Assembly (NCBI RefSeq): GCF_056746865.1
Contig: NZ_CM163382.1
Direction: 5' to 3' (one strand)
Length of the DNA stretch: 64,000 nt
Made by a program: the position numbers and the translations under genes. The notes beneath the pieces were generated by a model. That model was not told the origin of the DNA. It saw nothing but the letters and a program-made list of their open reading frames with translations, and ran no database searches. Below, piece by piece: positions 56,631 to 64,000 of the stretch (the first letter of the stretch is position 1; every line of letters begins with the position of its first letter).

Positions 56631-58193
56631 TTATTTCAGCAGCTTATCCAGCATGTTGATATCGTCGTTGTTGTGCAGGTGCGGCACAGTCCAGCCGTTC
56701 TGGTCGTATTCCGACAGGCAGCGATCAACCATCGCCATCATCTTGTCCATATTGCCGGAGCTTTGTGCCTGGCGCAGACACTGCAGGCGAATCTCATCCT
56801 GGCTACCGGAGTAGTTGATTTCATACAGTTCGTGGCGACCACCAAACTCGCTGCCAATGGCGTCCCACATCAGTTTGAGGATCTTGATGCGCTGGACGTG
56901 ATCCATACCATTCGAACCGCGCACATACTTCGCCAGATACTGGTCGATCTGCGGATTGTTCAGGTCACGGGCACTGGAAGGGAGGTAGATCAGGCCACTG
57001 GTAACGTTGCGTTCGATAATGTTTTTGATCTTCGCGTAGGCCATTGGTGCCAGTACGCGATAGGTTTGCAGTGCGGCATGATCCGGTAAATAAGCCCCGT
57101 TGACCCACGGCGTCGCTTCAGAACACATCGAGTCACTCAATGCCCAGAAGGTGTTGCGCCACGCCACCACTTCACCGAGATCGGCCTGCACACCACGGAA
57201 CTCCAGGGTGCCGGTACATTCGAGTGATTTTTTCAGCAGTGCCGTAATGAAGTCGAGTTTCACTGCCAGGCGCACACAGGCTTGCAGCGGATACATACGG
57301 GCAAAACCGCCTTCCATCGTCCAGCGACGGCAGCGATCAAAATCGCGGTAGATCAGCACGTTTTCCCATGGGATCAGCACGTTATCCATCACCAGAATCG
57401 CATCATTCTCATCGAAGCGGCTGGAGAGCGGGTAGTCATACGGTGAGCCGGTAGCACCCGCGACCATCTCATAAGAGGCGCGGGAGATTAATTTCACGCC
57501 ATCAGCATCCATTGGCGCAACGAACATCAGCGCGAAGTCCGGGTTTTCGCCCATTACTTGTGCCGAGCCGAAGCCAACCATGTTGTAGTGAGTCAGCGCC
57601 GAGTTGGTGGCAACCACTTTCGCACCGCTAACGATAATCCCGGCGTCAGTCTCTTTTTCCAGCTTGATGTAAACGTCTTTCACTTTATCGGTCGGCAAAT
57701 GACGATCGATCGGTGGGTTAACAATCGCGTGGTTAAAGTAGAGGCCAGTTTCCTGAATACGGGTATACCAGTTACGGGCGTTCTGCTCGAACTGACCGTA
57801 AAAGCCCGGATTCGCGCCCAGTGCGCAACCGAAAGCAGCTTTGTAGTCTGGGGTACGGCCCATCCAGCCATAGCTCAGGCGTGACCACTCAGCGATGGCG
57901 TCGCGTTGCTGGCGCAGGTCGTCGGCACTTTTCGCCACGCGGAAGAATTTATGGGTATAGCCGCCGCTGCCGGTGTCGGTGTTCCAACACAGAGAGTCCT
58001 GCATCTCCGGTTTGTGCAGCGCGTCGTACAGTTGGGCAACAGACGCTGCCGCATTACGAAATGCCGGATGAGTAGTGACGTCTTTCACTCGCTCGCCATA
58101 GATATAGATCTCGCGACCATCCTGCAGGCTTTTCAGATACTCTTCCCCGGTGAACGGACGTTGGGTACTGGCGCGGAAATCTTCTGGTTTCAT
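56631..58193 (-). CDS. hpaB: 4-hydroxyphenylacetate 3-monooxygenase, oxygenase component HpaB
   Basis: 520-aa two-component FADH2-dependent monooxygenase-family protein (MKPEDFRASTQRPFTGEEYLKSLQDGREIYIYGERV...). Confidence 0.9.
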   Translation of the reverse strand: MKPEDFRASTQRPFTGEEYLKSLQDGREIYIYGERVKDVTTHPAFRNAAASVAQLYDALHKPEMQDSLCWNTDTGSGGYTHKFFRVAKSADDLRQQRDAIAEWSRLSYGWMGRTPDYKAAFGCALGANPGFYGQFEQNARNWYTRIQETGLYFNHAIVNPPIDRHLPTDKVKDVYIKLEKETDAGIIVSGAKVVATNSALTHYNMVGFGSAQVMGENPDFALMFVAPMDADGVKLISRASYEMVAGATGSPYDYPLSSRFDENDAILVMDNVLIPWENVLIYRDFDRCRRWTMEGGFARMYPLQACVRLAVKLDFITALLKKSLECTGTLEFRGVQADLGEVVAWRNTFWALSDSMCSEATPWVNGAYLPDHAALQTYRVLAPMAYAKIKNIIERNVTSGLIYLPSSARDLNNPQIDQYLAKYVRGSNGMDHVQRIKILKLMWDAIGSEFGGRHELYEINYSGSQDEIRLQCLRQAQSSGNMDKMMAMVDRCLSEYDQNGWTVPHLHNNDDINMLDKLLK

Positions 58194-58443
58194 GTCGACC
58201 TCTACAGTATTAATCGGAATACGATTGTTAATTTTGTGTGTTGTTTTTGTTATTCAATTGAAGCTTGCAGGGGCGATTACGGGAAGAGACTTTTGGGACA
58301 ATGGCTGGTACTTTTCAGGTCGGGTACGGTTTTGTGATCGAGGTCGCTTTTAGCGATTTTTGACGTTACTAAATCCCCTTGCTCCAGGCGGAGAAAGGGG
58401 AATAGCAGGTGGTGCCTGGTTTCCCGTTAAGGCTAAGGGATTT

Positions 58444-59334
58444 TCACGTCACAGGTACTTTTTTGGCACGATAAGCACTGGGCGAGCAACCGACTAAGCG
58501 ATAAAAAAAGCGCGCAAAATAAGCCGGATCCTTAAAACCGAGTTGCCAGGCAATATTGTTCACGGCGTTATCAGAAAACAGCAGCAGCCGCTTGGCTTCT
58601 CGCAGCTGCCTGTCGAAAATCAACCGTTTTGGCGGACGGTTGGCAAAGCGACGGCAGATGTCCGTGAGTCGTGATTCGGTGATATGCAGTTCGTTAGCGT
58701 AATCCGGTACTGTCCAGTGCTGATGAAAATGGCTTTCAATCAGCATATGAAAACGCTGGAACAGTTTTAATTCTCCGCGCATCCCGCTGGCGGCATGGTC
58801 GTCGAGTTTTGCGTTACGCAGCAGTAGGGTGAACACTGCCTGTGCCAGGAGCGTCAGGGTGTGTTCCCGTCCAGGCAGTTGTTCCACCGATTCCCGCTCT
58901 ATCAGTTGCCAATAGTGTTCCAGCGCCGCCAGTTCGTCGGGTTTATCTGCCAGTGACAGGCAAATCCCCGGCAGGCCGAAGGTTTCCCGAGTGCCCGGAT
59001 ACAGAACTTCCAGCAGGGGCCAGATCAGATCTTCCCGTACCGTCAACACATGACCGTCGGCGTCAGACTCCGTAATAAACGCATGAGGTACTGACGGCGG
59101 CGTCAGGACAAACAGGGGCGCTTCCACCGAGTAGCGATGATCGTCAAGCTGTAGCTCAATCTGTCCGCTATTGAGGAAATGCATCTGAAAGTACTGTTCG
59201 TGGCGATGTGGCAGCATATGGCGGCCAAAAAATGCCGCCATGCGGGCGAACGACTGATAATGCACATCGTCCGTACCCAGGCTTTCATCGTACTCTTTGC
59301 TGATATCAATATTGGCAATCTGACGGTCACGCAT
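58444..59334 (-). CDS. hpaA: AraC/XylS-family activator of hpaBC, HpaA
   Basis: 296 aa with C-terminal AraC-type HTH; sits upstream of hpaBC. Confidence 0.85.
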   Translation of the reverse strand: MRDRQIANIDISKEYDESLGTDDVHYQSFARMAAFFGRHMLPHRHEQYFQMHFLNSGQIELQLDDHRYSVEAPLFVLTPPSVPHAFITESDADGHVLTVREDLIWPLLEVLYPGTRETFGLPGICLSLADKPDELAALEHYWQLIERESVEQLPGREHTLTLLAQAVFTLLLRNAKLDDHAASGMRGELKLFQRFHMLIESHFHQHWTVPDYANELHITESRLTDICRRFANRPPKRLIFDRQLREAKRLLLFSDNAVNNIAWQLGFKDPAYFARFFYRLVGCSPSAYRAKKVPVT

Positions 59335-59343
59335 CGTCGTTCC

Positions 59344-60720
59344 TTACGGGGTCGCTCGCGGACGGGAGGACTGCATTGGAATCGCCCAGATAATCCCCGC
59401 ACCAATCACCAGCAGCGCGGCAACAAACCACAATCCACTGTTAAAGCTGCCGGTCAGATCTTTCAACCAGCCGATCATAAACGGACTTAATGCTGAACCA
59501 ATGTTGCCAGTGGCGTTGATCACCGCAATACCGATCGCTCGTGCCCGCAGGCTGATGGACTGATCCGGTGTTGTCCAGAAAATCGCCATTGCGCTGAATG
59601 ATCCGGTCGAAGCCATAATGATCCCCAGCATCTGGATCATGTTGTGATCAGTTGCCGAAGCCAGTAACCAACCAGCGGCAGCGAACAAATAAGGAAGGGC
59701 GGTGTGATGCCTTCGTTCCTGGCGGTGATCTGAGTGACGGCTCCAGTAAATCATCCCGAGAATGGTACAAATCTGCGGTACGGCGGCCAGCAGGCCGATG
59801 GTGATATTACTGCTGCCCTGATTAAAGCTTTGCAGGATCTGCGGTGTCCAGATGCTGATCGCACTAAGTGTGTTGGTCAGGCAGAAATACGCCAGGGTAT
59901 ACATCATCACCACCGGAGTGAAGATCTCCCGCCACATGCTGCGTTGTTGCATGGCGTGGTGGCTGATGGCTCCCTCTGGCTGAACCAGCGTCAGACGATC
60001 GTTATCCATCATCTCTTGCAGGCATTTTTTGTCTTCTTTCGTCAGCCACTTAGCTTTGTCCGGTGAGTCATCAAGCCAGAACCACACCATGATGCCGAGT
60101 AATACCGACGGGAAGCCTTCCAGCAAAAACAGCCACTGCCAGCCTTTTAATGCCATTACGCCATCCAGCGACAAAATGTAGCCGGAAACGATCGATCCCA
60201 ACGCTGTCGTTACCGGCATTGCCACCATAAACAAGGCGTTGGCACGGGCGCGGAAATAGGCCGGAAACCAGAAGGTTAAATACAGCAGAATGCCAGGCAG
60301 AAAGCCGGCTTCGGTAATGCCAACCAGTATACGCAGTACGTACAAGCTGGTGGGGCCAGTGGCAAACATGGTGGCAGTAGAGGCGATGCCCCAAAGCACC
60401 ATGATGGTGGCGATCCAGCGCCGCGCACCGACAATACTCAGCATAATGTTGCTGGGAATGCCGAAGATGACATAAGCGGCGTAGAACAGGGTGGTGGCGA
60501 GGCCAAACATGGTGGCGCTCAGACCGAGGTCGCGTCCCATCGTGAGTCCGGCAAAGCCGATGTTGATGCGATCAAGGAACGAGAAGATAAACAGCACGAA
60601 CAGAAAGACGATCAGGCGGCGAAACAGCTTCTTAATAACCGCCTGTTGTCCGGCAGTCAGCGCTTTATGCTGATTCGCCGGATCGATACTCTCCGGTATG
60701 GCAGGTGAGGTGTCGCTCAT
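59344..60720 (-). CDS. hpaX: 4-hydroxyphenylacetate MFS permease HpaX
   Basis: 458-aa 12-TM MFS protein from MSDTSPAIPESIDPANQHKAL; the track ORF has a 20-codon upstream extension. Confidence 0.82.
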   Translation of the reverse strand: MSDTSPAIPESIDPANQHKALTAGQQAVIKKLFRRLIVFLFVLFIFSFLDRINIGFAGLTMGRDLGLSATMFGLATTLFYAAYVIFGIPSNIMLSIVGARRWIATIMVLWGIASTATMFATGPTSLYVLRILVGITEAGFLPGILLYLTFWFPAYFRARANALFMVAMPVTTALGSIVSGYILSLDGVMALKGWQWLFLLEGFPSVLLGIMVWFWLDDSPDKAKWLTKEDKKCLQEMMDNDRLTLVQPEGAISHHAMQQRSMWREIFTPVVMMYTLAYFCLTNTLSAISIWTPQILQSFNQGSSNITIGLLAAVPQICTILGMIYWSRHSDHRQERRHHTALPYLFAAAGWLLASATDHNMIQMLGIIMASTGSFSAMAIFWTTPDQSISLRARAIGIAVINATGNIGSALSPFMIGWLKDLTGSFNSGLWFVAALLVIGAGIIWAIPMQSSRPRATP

Positions 60721-60764
60721 TTTTCTTCCTCTAATGGGATTTTTGTAGGGTACGACAAGGTTTA

Positions 60765-60894
<130 letters not shown>

Positions 60895-60900
<6 letters not shown>

Positions 60901-61683
60901 CACGTCGGGCTTAATCGCTGTAGCCTGCGCACCAAACCGTGCTGCCAGCGCTTCGGCGGCGCGGGCGAGCAGGGTGGTGTCAACGCCGACGGCGACAAAC
61001 AGCGCGCCCAGTTCCAGATAGCGTTTTGCCAGTTGCTCATTGGCGATCAGGATCCCCGGCGCTTTGCCCGCTTCGCGGATCTGCACGATCGCCTGCTCAA
61101 TCGCGGCCTGTACTTCCGGGTGCTGAGGATTACCGGCATAACCCATATCGGCGCTCAGATCCGCCGGGCCGATAAACACGCCGTCGACCCCTTCCACGTC
61201 CAGAATCTGCGGTAAGTTCTTCATTGCCTCACGCGTTTCGATCTGCACCAGCACGCACATTTGATCGTTGGCTTTTTGCAGGTAATCAGGAATACGATTC
61301 CAGCGCGAGGCTCGGGCCAGCGCACTGCCCACACCGCGAATACCGGCGGGGGGATAACGGGTGGCGCGTACCGCTTCACGGGCTTCGTCAGCGTTTTGAA
61401 CCATCGGCACCAGTAAGGTTTGTGTGCCGACATCCAGCAGTTGTTTGATTTGCACCGGATCGTTCCACGACGGACGTACCACCGGCTGGCTGGGGTAGGG
61501 CGCAATCGCCTGTAGCTGGGTGAGCACGGTTTGCACGTTATTCGGCGCGTGCTCACCGTCGATCAATAACCAGTCGAATCCTGCTCCGGCCAGTAACTCT
61601 GCGCTGTAGCTGCTACTTAGCCCCAGCCATAATCCGATCTGCGGGCGGCCTGCTTTCAGCGCCGCTTTAAAACTGTTTTCCAT
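60895..61683 (-). CDS. hpaI: 4-hydroxy-2-oxoheptanedioate (HpcH/HpaI) aldolase
   Basis: 262 aa from [48 protein letters not shown] (HpcH/HpaI aldolase family); the track ORF is extended upstream into the REP cluster. Confidence 0.88.
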
Positions 61684-61693
61684 CGTTCTCTCC

Positions 61694-62497
61694 TTAAACA
61701 AAGCGGCAGCTAATGGAGCCCATGTTGCCGTAATCGACGTGGAAGGTATCGCCCTTACGCGCCGGAACCGGGCGGGTGAACGAACCGCCGAGAATGATTT
61801 GCCCGGCTTCCAGTTGTACGTCATACGGTGCGAGTTTGTTCGCCAGCCAGGCCACGCCGTTTGCCGGATGATTTAGCACACCAGCGGCGACGCCAGTTTC
61901 TTCAATCACGCCATTGCGATACATCAGGGCGGAGATCCAACGCAGATCCAGTTCGTCTGGTTTGATCGGACGACCGCCGAGGATCACTCCGGCGTTGGCG
62001 GCGTTATCAGAAATGGTGTCGAACACTTTGCGCGGGCGCTGGGTTTCCGGATCGATGTTGTGGCAGCGGGCGTCGATCAGCTCCAGCGCCGGGATCACGT
62101 AGTCCGTGGCGTTGTAGACGTCGAACAGCGTGCAGTTTGGCCCACGCAGCGGTTTTGCCAGCACAAAAGCCAGCTCCACTTCAATGCGCGGCACGATAAA
62201 GCGATCGGTCGGGATATCGCTGCCATCGTGGAAGAACATGTCGTCCAGCAATGCACCGTAATCTGGCTCGCTGATTTGTGAGCTGGCCTGCATCGCTTTC
62301 GAGGTCAGGCCGATTTTGTGGCCTTTCAGCGTGCGGCCTTCGGCGATTTTCAGTCGGACCCATTCGCGCTGTACGGCGTAGGCGTCTTCAATGGTGATCT
62401 CCGGGTAATCCAGCGAGATCGCGCGGATCTGTTCACGCTGTTTTTCTGCCTGATCCAGACGCTGGGCGATCAGGGTGTGGGTGTGTTTATCGAACAT
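61694..62497 (-). CDS. hpaH: 2-oxo-hept-4-ene-1,7-dioate hydratase HpaH
   Basis: 267 aa from [31 protein letters not shown]/hydratase family; position within the hpa meta-cleavage operon. Confidence 0.85.
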   Translation of the reverse strand: MFDKHTHTLIAQRLDQAEKQREQIRAISLDYPEITIEDAYAVQREWVRLKIAEGRTLKGHKIGLTSKAMQASSQISEPDYGALLDDMFFHDGSDIPTDRFIVPRIEVELAFVLAKPLRGPNCTLFDVYNATDYVIPALELIDARCHNIDPETQRPRKVFDTISDNAANAGVILGGRPIKPDELDLRWISALMYRNGVIEETGVAAGVLNHPANGVAWLANKLAPYDVQLEAGQIILGGSFTRPVPARKGDTFHVDYGNMGSISCRFV

Positions 62498-62514
62498 AGC
62501 GATATCCTGTGGCA

Positions 62515-62550
62515 TTGCCGGATGCGGCTGCGCCTTATCATCCAGCCTGG
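62515..62550. repeat. REP-like element
   Basis: GCCGGATGCGGCTGCGCCTTATC REP-type sequence between hpaH and hpaF. Confidence 0.45.
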
Positions 62551-62564
62551 AAGCTGGTGCAAAT

Positions 62565-62945
62565 TTATTTAAACAACGCGTGTACGTTGTTCTGTTTGAA
62601 ATTCAACGTCGGGTGCAGCTCTGCAATCTCAAATGAAAGCGCCAGGTAACGGCTCTCCATCAGTGAGGCGAAGTGCGTTTTAATCAGATCAAACAGCATT
62701 TCGCCTACTTCCTGACGGCTTTCCAGACTGCGCCCGCTGCCGATTTTTAGCGTCATATGCACAAAGGCGTAATCGTGCTTGCCATCAGCCATTTGCCAGG
62801 TATCGATCCAGTGTGCCCGGCTACGTATTCCCCCAAGCGGAAAAATCCCCGTCGCCGCCAGTGCGGTGTTAACACTGGCAAACAGCTCAGGTAAGCGGGC
62901 TTCTTGACGAATATTTTCAGTACATTCCACGATAAAGTGCGGCAT
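62565..62945 (-). CDS. hpaF: 5-carboxymethyl-2-hydroxymuconate isomerase HpaF
   Basis: 126-aa tautomerase-like protein with N-terminal [12 protein letters not shown]. Confidence 0.85.
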   Translation of the reverse strand: MPHFIVECTENIRQEARLPELFASVNTALAATGIFPLGGIRSRAHWIDTWQMADGKHDYAFVHMTLKIGSGRSLESRQEVGEMLFDLIKTHFASLMESRYLALSFEIAELHPTLNFKQNNVHALFK

Positions 62946-62954
62946 GGTTTTTCC

Positions 62955-63806
62955 TTACGCGGGAAGCGGGAAAACAGCGTTAACCTGACCAGTGCCAGAG
63001 CTTGGGAACAGCTCGGTAATAAACTCCACCTTGCCGTCGTATTTATCCCAGCCGAGCATCCCCAGCAGCATCACCGTGTCGTGCATATTGCCTTCGCCGT
63101 AGCAGTAGTCGGCGTACTCCGGCAGCATATTGCAGAACTCTTTGAACTGGCCTTCGCGCCACAACTTCACCACGCGCTCGTCCATCTGGCGGTCGAACTC
63201 GCGGGTGTAGCTGTTCATCCCTTCTTCCGCACGCTGATCGTCAATAAAGCGGTGCGATAACGAACCGCTGGCAAGGACCGCCACGGTGCCGTCGTACTGT
63301 TCGATCGCTTTCAGAATCGCTTCGCCCAGCTTGCGGCTGTCGGCAAAATCATGAACGGTACAGAATGCGGAGATGGAGACCACTTTGAAGTGCTTGTCTT
63401 CATTCATGTAGCGCATCGGCACCAGCGTGCCGTATTCCAGTTTCAGGCTGGGAATATTGTGCGCTTTTGCCCGCACGCCGAGCTTTAAGGCTTCATCGGC
63501 AATAAGCTGCCCCAACTCCGGGTTGCCCTCGTAGTTGTAGGTCATGTCACGAATAAAATGCGGCAGCTCGTTACTGGTGTAGACGCCTTCAAAATGGTCT
63601 GCACAGTTGATGTGATAAGCACTGTTGACCAGCCAGTGGGTATCGAAAACGATAATGGTATCGACGCCCATTTCCCGGCAACGCTTGCTGATCTCTTTAT
63701 GCCCGTCGATCGCGCCCTGGCGGCAACCGTGGTTTTTCCCTGGCAGTTCAGAGAGATACATCGACGGTACGTGCGTGATCTTGGCGGCTAACGCTAACTT
63801 ACCCAT
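62955..63806 (-). CDS. hpaD: 3,4-dihydroxyphenylacetate (homoprotocatechuate) 2,3-dioxygenase HpaD
   Basis: 283-aa extradiol dioxygenase class III (LigB-type) protein. Confidence 0.88.
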   Translation of the reverse strand: MGKLALAAKITHVPSMYLSELPGKNHGCRQGAIDGHKEISKRCREMGVDTIIVFDTHWLVNSAYHINCADHFEGVYTSNELPHFIRDMTYNYEGNPELGQLIADEALKLGVRAKAHNIPSLKLEYGTLVPMRYMNEDKHFKVVSISAFCTVHDFADSRKLGEAILKAIEQYDGTVAVLASGSLSHRFIDDQRAEEGMNSYTREFDRQMDERVVKLWREGQFKEFCNMLPEYADYCYGEGNMHDTVMLLGMLGWDKYDGKVEFITELFPSSGTGQVNAVFPLPA

Positions 63807-63807
63807 A

Positions 63808-64000
63808 TCAGACTCCCCATTTCGGAATTGGATGGTCGCCCATGGAAATGCAGACGTTCTTCATTTCCGCGAACACTTCGAAGCTGTACTCACCGCCTTC
63901 ACGCCCGGTGCCGGAGGCTTTTACGCCGCCAAATGGCTGGCGCAGGTCACGCACGTTCTGGGTGTTGACGAACACCATGCCTGCTTCAATGCCACGCGCC
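63808..64000 (-). CDS. hpaE: 5-carboxymethyl-2-hydroxymuconate semialdehyde dehydrogenase HpaE, 3' end only (gene continues beyond the window)
   Basis: Minus-strand frame ending in a TGA stop at 63808-63810, 1 nt from the hpaD start; the fragment has aldehyde-dehydrogenase C-terminal character. Truncated by the window edge. Confidence 0.7.
   Translation of the reverse strand, partial: ARGIEAGMVFVNTQNVRDLRQPFGGVKASGTGREGGEYSFEVFAEMKNVCISMGDHPIPKWGV

Noticed and set aside
58194-58443. CCCCTT...AAGGGG hairpin between hpaB and hpaA considered as the hpaA terminator
   Set aside because: No U-tract follows on the minus strand; more likely part of the HpaA-dependent hpaBC promoter region. Not annotated.

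Overview
Enterobacterial (Escherichia coli-type) chromosomal segment, identified by reading the supplied ORF translations against remembered protein families; no database search was run. Order of content: (1) the complete type 1 fimbrial locus fimB-fimE-[fimS switch]-fimAICDFGH (1-8.9 kb); (2) hexuronate/gluconate genes gntP, uxuA, uxuB, uxuR; (3) a run of yji housekeeping/accessory genes (yjiC, iraD, hypT, iadA, yjiG, yjiH, kptA, yjiJ, yjiK, yjiL, yjiM, yjiN, mdtM); (4) a dense defence island (about 28-52 kb) with an intact rpnD, yjiR, yjiS, a large two-gene operon (1112-aa unknown protein plus 2114-aa DEAH-helicase/Zn-ribbon protein), mcrC-mcrB, symE, hsdS-hsdM-hsdR and mrr; (5) yjiA, yjiX, btsT; (6) the 4-hydroxyphenylacetate catabolic cluster hpaC, hpaB, hpaA, hpaX, hpaI, hpaH, hpaF, hpaD and the 3' end of hpaE. 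The most interesting element is the two-gene operon at 31589-41284. From memory it matches the architecture of Druantia type III (DruH + DruE), a system whose mechanism is uncharacterised, so it is a candidate rather than an undescribed system; as I recall, in K-12 this locus survives only as the yjiT/yjiV fragments. No rRNA, tRNA, CRISPR array or IS/transposase was recognised. Start codons were adjusted from the ORF track where a remembered protein N-terminus and length supported it.
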